From NCBI GenBank assembly GCA_963746185.1, contig CAVVAE010000003.1, positions 11,387 to 75,386 on the forward strand: a stretch of DNA of 64,000 nt, in the 5' to 3' direction. The position numbers were made by a program, and so were the translations under genes. Shown in pieces: positions 37,288-46,926 of the stretch. The DNA is from an uncultured Actinomycetota bacterium. GTDB taxonomy: Bacteria; Actinomycetota; Actinomycetes; Propionibacteriales; Nocardioidaceae. The first letter of the stretch is position 1, and each line of letters starts with the position of its first letter. Below the pieces are notes generated by a model that saw only the letters and a list, made by a program, of their open reading frames with translations, searched no databases and was not told the origin of the DNA.

Positions 37288-37530
37288 ATGAAGATCAACC
37301 GCGTGACCGTCGTCCTCGTCAGTACTTTCCTCGCACTCATCGCGGCAACCGGAGTCGCCGCCGCATCGGGCGGCAACGATGCTCACAGCCAGAACGGCAA
37401 GAACAGTCCGGTGCAGGTCGGCAACTTCACGCCGTGGCACAGCAAGCCGACGCCGGTTCACGTGCAATACCGGCCACACGTGATGTGTGACGAGCTCAAT
37501 CACGGCGCCATGTACGACCAGCGCTCCTAG
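37288..37530 (+). CDS. Small secreted protein (80 aa)
   Basis: Signal peptide MKINRVTVVLVSTFLALIAATGVAAASG, followed by a 52-aa H/P/N/Q-rich mature part with a single Cys. Confidence 0.6.
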   Translation: MKINRVTVVLVSTFLALIAATGVAAASGGNDAHSQNGKNSPVQVGNFTPWHSKPTPVHVQYRPHVMCDELNHGAMYDQRS

Positions 37531-37612
37531 TCCACACGGCCAGGCTGTCTGCGTCTTCCTGACACGGTAGGGCTCGCGCGACCCTCATACCTTGGGTTGA
37601 GATGATCGCGGC

Positions 37613-39262
37613 ATGGATGCTGACGTGATCGTGGTGGGTGCTGGGCTCGCCGGCTTGGTCGCCACCGCCGAACTGGCAGACGCCGGGCGCAAGGTCCTTC
37701 TTCTCGACCAGGAGCCCGAGACAAACTTCGGTGGCCAAGCGCACTGGTCGTTCGGTGGGTTGTTCCTCGTCGACTCCCCAGAGCAACGCCGGATGGGCAT
37801 CCATGACTCGCACGACCTGGCGCTCCAGGACTGGATGGGGTCCGCGGGCTTCGACCGCCCCGAGGACCACTGGCCGCGCAAGTGGGCCGATGCCTACATC
37901 GACTTCGCTGCCGGTGAGAAGCGCGCCTGGCTGCACGCGCAGGGCATGCGTTTCTTCCCCGTCGTCGGATGGGCGGAGCGCGGCGGCTATCTGGCCACCG
38001 GCCACGGCAACTCGGTCCCTCGCTTCCACGTGACGTGGGGCACCGGACCCGGCGTGGTGGCGCCGTTCGAACGACGCGTCCGCGAGGCGGTGAGCCGCGG
38101 CCAAGTGCACCTGAGGTTCCGCCACCGCGTCGACGAGCTTGTCACCCATTCCGGAGAAGGCCGCGGCGTGCGAGGCACGCTGCTGGAAACCAGCGCGCAG
38201 GCACGTGGCGCCGCGAGCTCGCGTACGCCGGTAGGCGAGTTCGAGCTCAACGCCCAGGCGGTCATCGTCACGTCGGGAGGGATCGGCGGCGACCACGACC
38301 TGGTCCGTCGCTGCTGGCCGGCTCGCCTCGGAACCCCTCCCCAGCACATGATCACCGGCGTCCCAAGGCACGTCGATGGCCGGATGCTCGGCATCACGGC
38401 GGACGCGGGCGGCAGGATCATCAACCCCGACAGGATGTGGCACTACGTCGAAGGCGTGCGCAACTGGAACCCGATCTGGGATGGCCACGGCATCAGGATC
38501 CTGCCTGGCCCGTCCTCAATGTGGTTCGACGCGACAGGTCATCGGCTACCTGCGCCGTTGTTCCCTGGCTTCGACACGTTGGGGACCCTGGGGCACCTGC
38601 GCTCGACCGGACACGACCACAGCTGGTTCGTACTGACTCAGAAGATCATCGAGAAGGAGTTCGCACTCTCGGGCTCTGAGCAAAACCCCGACCTCACCGG
38701 CAAGAGCGTCCGCCAGGTACTGGGACGTGTCAGGTCAGGGGCGCCTGGCCCGGTCGAGGCCTTCAAACAACGAGGGGACGACTTCGTCGTGGCCGACACT
38801 CTCGACGAGCTCGTACGTGGGATGAATGCGCTGACCGACGTACCCCTCCTCGAGTACGACGATCTGCGACGTGAAATCGAAGCTCGCGACCGTGAGCTGG
38901 CCAACGGTTTCGGCAAGGACGCCCAGATCATGGCGATCCGCAGCGCTCGCGCGTATCGCGGCGACAAGCTCGTGCGCGTCGCGTCGCCACACGGCATCCT
39001 CGACCCCAAGGCCGGGCCGCTGATCGCGGTGAAGCTGCACATCATCACCCGCAAGACACTCGGCGGGCTCGAGACGGATCTTGACGGTCGCGTCCTCACG
39101 GCTGAGGGCAACCCGCTGCCCGGGGTGTATGCAGCTGGTGAGGTCAGTGGCTTCGGAGGTGGCGGCATGCACGGCTACCGCGCATTGGAGGGCACGTTCC
39201 TCGGAGGTTGCATCTTCTCGGGTCGAGCAGCTGGGCGCGCCGCAGCAGCCGCAACGGCCTGA
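37613..39262 (+). CDS. FAD-binding dehydrogenase (fumarate reductase/KstD-like flavoprotein fold)
   Basis: N-terminal DADVIVVGAGLAGLVATAELADAGRKVLLLDQE and C-terminal GVYAAGEVSGFGGGGMHGYRALEGTFLGGCIFSGR. Confidence 0.9.
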   Translation: MDADVIVVGAGLAGLVATAELADAGRKVLLLDQEPETNFGGQAHWSFGGLFLVDSPEQRRMGIHDSHDLALQDWMGSAGFDRPEDHWPRKWADAYIDFAAGEKRAWLHAQGMRFFPVVGWAERGGYLATGHGNSVPRFHVTWGTGPGVVAPFERRVREAVSRGQVHLRFRHRVDELVTHSGEGRGVRGTLLETSAQARGAASSRTPVGEFELNAQAVIVTSGGIGGDHDLVRRCWPARLGTPPQHMITGVPRHVDGRMLGITADAGGRIINPDRMWHYVEGVRNWNPIWDGHGIRILPGPSSMWFDATGHRLPAPLFPGFDTLGTLGHLRSTGHDHSWFVLTQKIIEKEFALSGSEQNPDLTGKSVRQVLGRVRSGAPGPVEAFKQRGDDFVVADTLDELVRGMNALTDVPLLEYDDLRREIEARDRELANGFGKDAQIMAIRSARAYRGDKLVRVASPHGILDPKAGPLIAVKLHIITRKTLGGLETDLDGRVLTAEGNPLPGVYAAGEVSGFGGGGMHGYRALEGTFLGGCIFSGRAAGRAAAAATA

Positions 39263-39264
39263 GG

Positions 39265-39531
39265 TCAGAGAAACCACGTCCCCGCGACGACACTCGGGAT
39301 GACGCCGACCACCACCCACGGGGTCTTCCACGAGATCTCGTTGATGAGGCGAACCCCGAGGATGCCGCCCACGTTGAGGATGGCCGCGATCGTGAGCAGG
39401 CCGTACATCGCACTGGGACGGTCATCCTCGATGGTGAAGATCGCTGCGAGGATCAGCCCGGTCGAGTGGGCGAAGATCAGTGTCAGGACCAGCGCGCTGA
39501 GAACCCAACGTTGAACCCGGGTGATGTGCAC
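39265..39531 (-). CDS. Small membrane protein (88 aa, about 3 TM)
   Basis: Hydrophobic spans WVLSALVLTLIFAHSTGLILAAIF, MYGLLTIAAILNVGGILGV and WVVVGVIPSVVAGTWF. Confidence 0.6.
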   Translation of the reverse strand: MHITRVQRWVLSALVLTLIFAHSTGLILAAIFTIEDDRPSAMYGLLTIAAILNVGGILGVRLINEISWKTPWVVVGVIPSVVAGTWFL

Positions 39532-39678
39532 GAAGACTCCTGGTGGCGCTGCGTGGAACGCTGCGTCGTCCTTAGGTCAATCGCCGCGCGAAACGTGGTC
39601 GCAGTCTACCGACGGCTGTCCCGGAATTCTTCGTGCCAGCCAGACGGCGTACGACGGTTCGCCGCCTTGTGCTGGCGG

Positions 39679-39957
39679 CTACGCGGCCGGGGCGGTGTGC
39701 AGCGCAGTGTTGGTCACGACCGTCTGCTGCCGGTGTTCGACGGCGAGGCACTCGGCCTGACGATGCGGGAGGAATCCCGAATCGGCTGCGCAGTCATGAC
39801 ACACAGCAAGGGCGAGCCCTCCCAGGTGAATCACCTCGATGATGTGCGGGTGGCAGGGTTCCTCGCTGAGTGCGTGCTGGTGATCCCGGCGATGCGCGGC
39901 CGCGGCCGTGCTCGCTGCCACCTCGGTCACTGCCATGGCTAGCTTGTGCTGCTCCAT
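39679..39957 (-). CDS. Hypothetical His/Cys-rich small protein (92 aa)
   Basis: GAGGAGG lies 10 nt upstream of the ATG. The protein has 9 His and 4 Cys (CHPH, CHDC). No family recognised. Confidence 0.4.
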   Translation of the reverse strand: MEQHKLAMAVTEVAASTAAAAHRRDHQHALSEEPCHPHIIEVIHLGGLALAVCHDCAADSGFLPHRQAECLAVEHRQQTVVTNTALHTAPAA

Positions 39958-40152
39958 TGCCTACGCACCTCCTCGCGCTGTGTTCAACGTCTCTACGACG
40001 CCGCGGAGACCCTGGACGTTCCCTTGTGTTCATGTAAACGCGAAGGACCGACGTTTTTGGTCAAGACACGCATGAACCTGACTCGTCGTACTCGTGCGGC
40101 TACCCCCCGACTTCTCCCAGGAGGCACGAGCGGATGCCCTGATACGCCAACG

Positions 40153-40211
40153 CCGAGTGGGAGGATCCGGCGCGCCACACTGTGGCTTGGGCGCCGCAAC
40201 CTCCCACTCGG
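40153..40211 (-). terminator. Long stem-loop immediately downstream of the MFS gene
   Basis: Perfect 12-bp arms CCGAGTGGGAGG (40153-40164) and CCTCCCACTCGG (40200-40211), with further GC pairing inside. It ends 13 nt from the MFS stop at 40224. Confidence 0.5.
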
Positions 40212-40223
40212 GATTCGCGTCAG

Positions 40224-41786
40224 CTACGAGACAGCCACCTTCCTGTCGTCCGCGTCGACATAGGCATCTTCTTGTGCTGACTCGAGCTCGGCCTTCTTGC
40301 CCGGGATCGCGACGATGAAGATGACGAGTGCGGCGACCAGGGCCGCGGACGACGTGATGAGCGCGACCCCCATGCCGTCGACAAACGCGTGACGCGCGCC
40401 GTCGGCCAGGCTCGTCCCCCGGTCACCCAGACGACCGGCGATCCCAAGTGCTGATGCCAGCGACTCTCGTGCACCGTCAACCAACGCGGCTGGAGCGTTT
40501 GCCGGCGCTGCCTCGGTGACTCCTGAGCGGTACTGCTGGTTCAGGATGCTGCCAAGGATGGCAATGCCCAACGTTCCGCCGACTTCCCGAGCGGCGTCGT
40601 TCACCGCAGAGGCGACCCCCTGCTTGCTCGCCGGCACGGCGGAGACGATGTCGGTCGTCGCGGGAGCCGTGGCGAACGCCATCCCGGCGCCGACGGGAAT
40701 GATGCCAGCGAGCAGCAGCCAGTACGACGAGTCCGTGCCGAGCTGGCTCAGCACCAGCATTCCGACCGCCATCAAGCCCAATCCGGCGACAGCCAACGGT
40801 CGACGGCTCACGCGGGCCGCTAGATGCGGGACCACCTTGCGGGACAACCCGCCAATCACCATGGCCATCGGGATCAGGGCCAAGCCCGCTTGGAGTGCCG
40901 AGTAGCCGAGCACGAGCTGGACGTACTGGATGACCAGGAAGACGAAGCCGAAGAAGACGAAGAACTGCAGCGTGATCGAGAAGACCCCGGTGCTGAAGTC
41001 GCGACGGGCGAACAGCCGTGGGTCCAGAAGCGGATCCTTCGCCAGCAGGCCCCAGGCCACCCAGGCCACCAGGCTTACGCCGCCGACAGCGAACGCGGTA
41101 AGAGTCAGACTGTCGCCCCACCCGCGCTCGGGTCCTTCAATGGCACCAAAGACGATGCCGGCAAGCACCAAGACGGAGAGCAGTCCGCCGACGTAGTCGA
41201 CCCGCGGAGGGTTCTCGTCGCGTGAGTTCGGGATCAGGCGAATGGCGAGGATCCCGACGACGAGACCTAGCGCAGCGCTGAACCAGAACACCGACTGCCA
41301 GTCCCAGACCTCGAGCAGCATTCCCGAAGTCAGCAGGCCGAGGACTGCTCCCGCGCCGGCGACGCCGATCCAAGCGCCGACTGCCTTGGCCCGTTGTTCC
41401 TTGGGAAAGGACGTCGTGATGATCGACAGCGTGGTGGGCATGACCAGGGCGGCGCCAACGCCCATCACCCCACGCAAAGTAATCAGTAGTCCTGGTGACA
41501 TGGCGAGAGCTGCCAGGCCAGAGCCGGCGGCAAACACCAGCAGGCCGGCGACGAGCACCGGCTTGCGTCCGTAACGATCACCAAGCGCGCCAGCGGGCAA
41601 CAGCAGACCGGCGAAGACCAGCGCATACGCGTCGACGATCCACTGCAACTGGCTCATGGTGGCGTCTGTCGACTCGGCCAGGTTGGGCAACGCGACGTTC
41701 AGCGCTGGGACGGCGGCCACGACCAGGGCCAGGGATAGCAGGACAACGGGCAGCAGGGCAGTTCTCTGGGTTCCATGCGTGGACAT
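40224..41786 (-). CDS. MFS transporter, DHA2 (14-TMS, EmrB/QacA-like) drug:H+ antiporter family
   Basis: 520 aa with about 14 hydrophobic spans and the motifs GALGDRYGRKPVL and LPNLAES...QWIVDAYAL. Confidence 0.92.
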   Translation of the reverse strand: MSTHGTQRTALLPVVLLSLALVVAAVPALNVALPNLAESTDATMSQLQWIVDAYALVFAGLLLPAGALGDRYGRKPVLVAGLLVFAAGSGLAALAMSPGLLITLRGVMGVGAALVMPTTLSIITTSFPKEQRAKAVGAWIGVAGAGAVLGLLTSGMLLEVWDWQSVFWFSAALGLVVGILAIRLIPNSRDENPPRVDYVGGLLSVLVLAGIVFGAIEGPERGWGDSLTLTAFAVGGVSLVAWVAWGLLAKDPLLDPRLFARRDFSTGVFSITLQFFVFFGFVFLVIQYVQLVLGYSALQAGLALIPMAMVIGGLSRKVVPHLAARVSRRPLAVAGLGLMAVGMLVLSQLGTDSSYWLLLAGIIPVGAGMAFATAPATTDIVSAVPASKQGVASAVNDAAREVGGTLGIAILGSILNQQYRSGVTEAAPANAPAALVDGARESLASALGIAGRLGDRGTSLADGARHAFVDGMGVALITSSAALVAALVIFIVAIPGKKAELESAQEDAYVDADDRKVAVS

Positions 41787-41817
41787 GGCCTCCTCCTTCT
41801 TGAATCAAGCGGGAAAA

Positions 41818-41886
41818 CCAACACGTGTTGGCTTTCGTTGAAAGCCAACATACGTTGACTTCTGTCGAATGTCAACACTCGTTGAC
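41818..41886. promoter_or_regulatory. Three CAAC-N4-GTTG inverted repeats in the MFS/TetR divergent promoter region (candidate TetR operators)
   Basis: CCAACACGTGTTGG (41818-31, perfect palindrome), GCCAACATACGTTGAC (41844-59) and GTCAACACTCGTTGAC (41871-86). Confidence 0.6.
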
Positions 41887-41966
41887 TTTTACTTGGCCGC
41901 CTGACACAGTGATCCGCACCCGCCCCGCATCGCAGCCGCACCAACACCCGCAGAGGAGAGGAGCCA

Positions 41967-42557
41967 ATGGCCACGTCAGACGCTGTTCAGATCGCCGAAA
42001 TGACGAAGTCGCAGCGCACCAGGGCCGCCATCCTCGCCGCGGCGCGCGAGCAGTTCGGGCTGCACGGTTACGACCGCGCCAGCATCCGGGCGATCGCCAC
42101 CCAGGCGTCGATTGACCCGTCGATGGTCATCCGCTACTTCACCAGCAAGGAGGCACTGTTCGCGGCAGCAGTCAATGTCGACCTGATGCTGCCCGACCTG
42201 AGCCAGACGCCGCCCATGGACCGGCCCCGGGCCCTGACCGAGCATTTCCTCGAGCGTTGGGAAGGGTCGCTGAGCGACGACGTGCTGGTGATCTTGCTGC
42301 GTTCAGCGGTGACCAACGCACAGGTCGCAGATCGCCTGCGGGAGGTGTTCGTCGAGCAGGTCGCAGCGGGGCTGCGCCCCTTGCTGCCGGAGGGTGAGGT
42401 CGAGCGCCGTGCGGCCCTGGTCGCGAGCCAGCTGCTCGGAGTCGCCCTCACGCGCTACATCCTGCAACTACCCGGGATGGCAGAGCGGTCACGCGATGAG
42501 GTGGTCGAAGACATCGCGCCGACGGTGCAGCGCTATCTCATCGGAAAGCTGCCGTAG
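41967..42557 (+). CDS. TetR/AcrR family transcriptional regulator
   Basis: HTH block RTRAAILAAAREQFGLHGYDRASIRAIATQASIDPSMVIRYFTSKEALF. Confidence 0.92.
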   Translation: MATSDAVQIAEMTKSQRTRAAILAAAREQFGLHGYDRASIRAIATQASIDPSMVIRYFTSKEALFAAAVNVDLMLPDLSQTPPMDRPRALTEHFLERWEGSLSDDVLVILLRSAVTNAQVADRLREVFVEQVAAGLRPLLPEGEVERRAALVASQLLGVALTRYILQLPGMAERSRDEVVEDIAPTVQRYLIGKLP

Positions 42558-43177
42558 TGCAGGTCACCACCGAAAGCCCTGGGTTCATCGCCGACAGAGC
42601 CCTCGCACTTGAGGTAGCGGGTTCGCGTCCACCTGTCATCGGCATCTCGGGGTTCGGAGGCGCAGGAAAGTCGACACTCGCCAGCCAGCTGCAACAACAG
42701 CTACCGGGATCAGTGGTCGTGCCCGGAGACGAATTCCTGTTGGCACATCCACCTGCTGAACGTTCGGATGACTGGGGCGACGTCGATCGCGATCGACTCT
42801 CTCGTCAGGTGCTGGAACCCGCTCACGAAGGGATGTCGGTCAAGTACCAGGTATGGGACTGGGACGCCCGAGCACCCGGACCATGGGTGGCCATCGACTC
42901 GGCCACGGCCATCATCGTCGAAGGGTTGGCGCTGTACGTCCCTGAGCTCGTCAGTCTGTTCGACCTACGAGTGTGGATAGACATCGACCTCGACTCGGCG
43001 ACTGCTCAGGGCATGTGGCGTGACGAGCATGAGTATGGCAACGCTCAGGCTGCGCTCTGGGTCGAGGTATGGAAGCCGAACGACGCTGACTTCTTCCGCA
43101 AGTTCCGCCCGGACACAGCCGCGGACATTCTGTTCAAGCCGCCGAACTCCCGGTCTCCTTCCGGAACGGCTCGCTAG
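42557..43177 (+). CDS. P-loop NTPase, uridine kinase/phosphoribulokinase-like
   Basis: Walker A motif GISGFGGAGKSTLA, then PGDEFL and IIVEGLALY blocks. The GTG start overlaps the TetR stop. Confidence 0.68.
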   Translation: MQVTTESPGFIADRALALEVAGSRPPVIGISGFGGAGKSTLASQLQQQLPGSVVVPGDEFLLAHPPAERSDDWGDVDRDRLSRQVLEPAHEGMSVKYQVWDWDARAPGPWVAIDSATAIIVEGLALYVPELVSLFDLRVWIDIDLDSATAQGMWRDEHEYGNAQAALWVEVWKPNDADFFRKFRPDTAADILFKPPNSRSPSGTAR

Positions 43178-43224
43178 CTGCGGCCGGACCGGCACGTCAA
43201 CGCGACGTACGTGCTCCAGTCGGG

Positions 43225-43632
43225 TCAGGTTGCTGGCGTGTCCGCGCGCCAAGCAGCCCGCCACTCAGGGGCATCCCAGCCCTCCATCACGTAGATGCGT
43301 TCGAGCACGACTTTGTCGTCTCGGAACTCGAGCATCTGTACGCCGTACTGCCAGGGGCCGCCGTTGTAGCTGACCGAACACTCGACGACGACCACATTGT
43401 CCCGTGCTGTGATCCGTCGGATCTTGTAGCTCACGTCGGCCGGGTACTGGCTGCGCCACTCCTTGAAGTTGGCAACGCCTTCGAACCGCTCCCCCGATTG
43501 CGGAAACTCCAACACCGCGTCGTCGTGGTACATCTCATGGGAGCGGTCGGGATCGGTGCCGATGTACTCCCAGTGCCGCCGCACCTGGTCGAGCAAAACC
43601 GACTGATCGACCGTCGAATCTCCCGGACTCAT
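43225..43632 (-). CDS. NTF2/SnoaL-like fold protein
   Basis: 135 aa with YHDDAVLEFPQSGERFEG..NF...Y and VVVECSVSYNGGPW patterns. The 291-aa maximal ORF has an implausible N-terminal extension. Confidence 0.72.
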   Translation of the reverse strand: MSPGDSTVDQSVLLDQVRRHWEYIGTDPDRSHEMYHDDAVLEFPQSGERFEGVANFKEWRSQYPADVSYKIRRITARDNVVVVECSVSYNGGPWQYGVQMLEFRDDKVVLERIYVMEGWDAPEWRAAWRADTPAT

Positions 43633-43701
43633 CGCACGATGGTAGGTGTTGCCATGGCGATCCAGCCAGCGGTTTGTCGGACCGCCATGGGAGCCTGAAC
43701 T

Positions 43702-44034
43702 ATGGCGTACGACGAAGACCTGGCCGACCGCATCCGCTCTGCGATCCAGGCTCAGGACGGCGTGACCGAGAAGCGGATGTTCGGCGGACTCGCGTTCCTG
43801 ATCAACGGGAACATGGCCGTCAGTGCGAGCGGAAAAGGCGGGCTCCTTCTTCGAGTCGATCCCGCCGAGACAGATTCGCTGGTGCGCGAGGACGGAGTGA
43901 CCCGTTTCGAGATGCGCGGACGCGCGATGGACGGCTGGCTGCGCGTTGACCCGTCCGCCACCACCTCTGACCAGGAGCTCAAGCGGTGGGTCCAGGTCGG
44001 CGTGGCCTACGCCGGCTCCCTGCCGCCGAAATAG
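43702..44034 (+). CDS. TfoX N-terminal domain protein
   Basis: DLADRIRSAI....VTEKRMFGGLAFLINGNMAV is a TfoX_N-type block. Confidence 0.8.
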   Translation: MAYDEDLADRIRSAIQAQDGVTEKRMFGGLAFLINGNMAVSASGKGGLLLRVDPAETDSLVREDGVTRFEMRGRAMDGWLRVDPSATTSDQELKRWVQVGVAYAGSLPPK

Positions 44035-44271
44035 TGCGAACGAGCGGAGCTGATTTCCATGACGAGGTAGGTCATCGGACCGGATCGGGTGGTCTGACAC
44101 GTTCGATGCCGAGTACGTCGCTCTGACCCATCTTCAGCCGACGCCTTCATCACACTCGACGAACAACTCGCCCACGCAGTAAAGGATCTGGTGAGTGTCG
44201 CGCCCATGGATACGCTGTACTAGCGGCTGTCCACGAGTCGGACACAGTGGTTGAAGGCTATCTTCGATGGC

Positions 44272-45201
44272 ATGACGGATGCTGCCGCGAGCCGCGTGGT
44301 TGCCCTCCCGGGCAATCGGATGCTCCACGCATGGGAGGGCGGAGATGCGGATGGGGTCCCCGTCGTGTTTCAACACGGAACACCCTCGGGGCGGTTGCAG
44401 GCGGTGCTCGGTGCAGACAGCGCTCGCCGGCTGGGTATCCGCCTCATCTCGTTCAACCGGCCTGGATACGGACGTTCGACCGACACCCCACCCAGCCTCG
44501 CCTCCGTCGGTCTCGACACACTTCGGGTCGCCGACGAGCTGGGCGTCGACCGATTCGCTGTACTTGGTGCATCTGGGGGCGGTCCGTACGCCATCGCTAC
44601 GGGCATTGCTGACCCGGGAAGGGTGCTGGCTGTCGGCCTCGCCGCCGGCATCGGCCCGTGGCGGCTGATCGAGCCGCCAGACTTCGGGGATCCCGACCGC
44701 CCACTCCTTGCGCTCGCGGATGCCGGAGACGTGACTGGAGCGTTGAAAGGCTTCCGCGCGCAAGGCGCCGTCGCCTACAGCCGGATGCTCCAGCTCGCTG
44801 ACAAGGCCGCGGTCGAGGAGTTCTTCAGCGACGCACCTGAGGACCTCGGCTGGCTCGACGCGCAGGCCAAGAAGCTCTGGGCGGCGGACCTTCGTGATGC
44901 ACTGCAGACGTACGACGGCTATGCCCGCGACAACGTCGCCTGGGGCGGCGATTGGGATGTCGACCCATCTCGCCTCGGTGTTCCAAGCTGGCTCTGGTAC
45001 GGAGAATTGGACCGCGTGGTGGCGCCATCGCACGGGCATTGGCTGGCAGAGCGGATCCCTCACGCAACGCTCGTCATCCGGCCCGGCAAGGGCCATGGCG
45101 GCACCATCTTCGAGTTCTGGGACGACATGCTTTCCACTCTGCGAGACCAGGTTCTCCGTCGCGCTGCACGCGGTTCTACCCCGCCAGATCAGGACGCCTA
45201 G
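44272..45201 (+). CDS. Alpha/beta hydrolase
   Basis: HGTPSGRL (oxyanion region) and nucleophile elbow VLGASGGGPYA. The ORF opens with TTG at 44251; the ATG at 44272 is preferred. Confidence 0.85.
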   Translation: MTDAAASRVVALPGNRMLHAWEGGDADGVPVVFQHGTPSGRLQAVLGADSARRLGIRLISFNRPGYGRSTDTPPSLASVGLDTLRVADELGVDRFAVLGASGGGPYAIATGIADPGRVLAVGLAAGIGPWRLIEPPDFGDPDRPLLALADAGDVTGALKGFRAQGAVAYSRMLQLADKAAVEEFFSDAPEDLGWLDAQAKKLWAADLRDALQTYDGYARDNVAWGGDWDVDPSRLGVPSWLWYGELDRVVAPSHGHWLAERIPHATLVIRPGKGHGGTIFEFWDDMLSTLRDQVLRRAARGSTPPDQDA

Positions 45202-45381
45202 TCGAGGTCCAACCCAACCGCGTTGAGGCCGGGCAAGTATCTACGGTGGGGTGTGCGCACTCATCCGCTGTGGTACCCGTTCGCGCCGCCATCAATGGAG
45301 GACATCAAGGCTGCGCGTGCGCGTCAGCGCGCGAGGATTCACACGTTGAAGCGAAACTCGACCACGTCACCGTCCCAGCCT

Positions 45382-45666
45382 CTACCCACGACGAATCACC
45401 CGATAGATCGTCTCGGACTCCGGAGCTGGGCGGGGCTCGTCGTGCCAGCCGATCTCCTGACCCCTTGCTGAGATGGCCGCCTTCACTGCGCTGACGTCCA
45501 CGTCGTCCTCGAAGAAGGCGATCGACAGACCGTTCCCCGTCTCCGGGTCAACCAGATGGTACGCATCGAGGACGCCCGGCACGGACTTCGCAGCGTCGAT
45601 GACCCACTGACGATCGTCCTCGGGCATCGGATTCCACACGGCGACGCGAGCAAACATGGGCAGCAC
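45382..45666 (-). CDS. Hypothetical small protein (possibly a dimeric alpha/beta-barrel, ABM-like)
   Basis: 94-aa GC3-rich ORF directly downstream of ychF, with GGAGAG upstream of the MFARV start. The fold guess is from sequence pattern only. Confidence 0.5.
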   Translation of the reverse strand: MLPMFARVAVWNPMPEDDRQWVIDAAKSVPGVLDAYHLVDPETGNGLSIAFFEDDVDVSAVKAAISARGQEIGWHDEPRPAPESETIYRVIRRG

Positions 45667-45675
45667 TCTCCAGTT

Positions 45676-46773
45676 CTAGGGCTTCCTCGATGTAGATGTT
45701 GATCCAAAGCGGAACTCGACCACGTCGCCGTCGGCCATCACGTAGTCCTTGCCCTCGATGCGCACCTTGCCGGCGGCCTTCGCGGCATTCATCGAACCGG
45801 CCGCCACCAAGTCGTCGTACGACACGATCTCCGCCTTGATGAAGCCACGTTGGAAGTCGGTGTGGATGACACCGGCGGCTTCGGGAGCGGTCGCACCCTG
45901 CTTGATGGTCCATGCCCGAGACTCCTTCGGACCAGCCGTGAGGTAAGTCTGCAAGCCAAGGGTGTCGAAACCGACACGGGCGAGTACGTCGAGCCCCGGC
46001 TCGTCGACGCCCATCTCCTCGAGCATCGCGCGAGCCTCGTCGTCATCGCCGAGCTCAACCAACTCAGCCTCGAACTTCGCGTCGAGGAAGATCGCCTCCG
46101 ACGGCGCGACGATCTCCCGCATGCGGGCCTTGAGCTCCTCGTCGCCCAGCTCGTCGGCGTCACAGTTGAACACGTAGATGAACGGCTTGGCCGTCATCAA
46201 CATCAGCTCGCGGACCAGTGTCTTGTCGATCGAGGTGGCGAGGATCGGCGTACCCGCTTCCAACGCGGACTTCACCTCGCGGACCGCCTCCAGCAGAACC
46301 GCGTTCTCTTTCTTGAGTCGCGCCTCTTTCTCCAACCGCGGCAACGCCTTCTCGACGGTCTGCAGGTCAGCGAGAATCAGCTCGGTCTGGATCGTGGAGA
46401 TGTCGTCGGCCGGATTGACCTTGCCCTCGACGTGCGTGACGTCGTCGTCCTCGAAGACCCGCGTCACCTGGCAGATCGCGTCGGACTCGCGGATGTGCGA
46501 CAGGAACTTGTTGCCCAGCCCCTCCCCCTCGGAAGCACCCCGAACGATGCCAGCGATGTCGACGAACTGGACCGTCGCGGGCAGCGTCTTGGCCGACTCG
46601 AAGAGCTTGGCGAGTACGCCGAGTCGCGCGTCTGGGACGCCGACCACGCCGATGTTGGGCTCGATCGTCGCGAACGGGTAGTTCGCCGCGAGCACATTGT
46701 TCTTGGTGAGCGCGTTGAAGAGGGTCGATTTGCCGGCGTTGGGGAGTCCGACGATTCCGATGGTGAGTGCCAC
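45676..46773 (-). CDS. ychF: Redox-regulated ribosome-binding ATPase YchF
   Basis: IGIVGLPNAGKSTLFNALT, NYPFATIEPN, DIAGIV.GAS.GEGLGNKFL and the C-terminal TGS block GVIHTDFQRGFIKAE. The GTG start at 46771-46773 gives 365 aa. The 655-aa ORF upstream extension is spurious. Confidence 0.95.
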   Translation of the reverse strand: MALTIGIVGLPNAGKSTLFNALTKNNVLAANYPFATIEPNIGVVGVPDARLGVLAKLFESAKTLPATVQFVDIAGIVRGASEGEGLGNKFLSHIRESDAICQVTRVFEDDDVTHVEGKVNPADDISTIQTELILADLQTVEKALPRLEKEARLKKENAVLLEAVREVKSALEAGTPILATSIDKTLVRELMLMTAKPFIYVFNCDADELGDEELKARMREIVAPSEAIFLDAKFEAELVELGDDDEARAMLEEMGVDEPGLDVLARVGFDTLGLQTYLTAGPKESRAWTIKQGATAPEAAGVIHTDFQRGFIKAEIVSYDDLVAAGSMNAAKAAGKVRIEGKDYVMADGDVVEFRFGSTSTSRKP

Positions 46774-46926
46774 GGGCGACAACAGTACGGCGAACGGGCC
46801 GCCACCCGGAAATCCAGCACCGAGCCGTCGACAGATGGCCGTACCTGCGCCCGGAGGGTTACACCCTGAGCTGGCAGGGTTCCGCAGTGTCTTGTGCGCT
46901 GCCCACCCCGCGTCTACCGTCGGAAC

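Noticed and set aside
43633-44100. Upstream extension of the SnoaL-like ORF (291 aa).
   Set aside because: It overlaps the TfoX-domain gene on the other strand, and NTF2-like proteins are about 130 aa. The extension has no motif.
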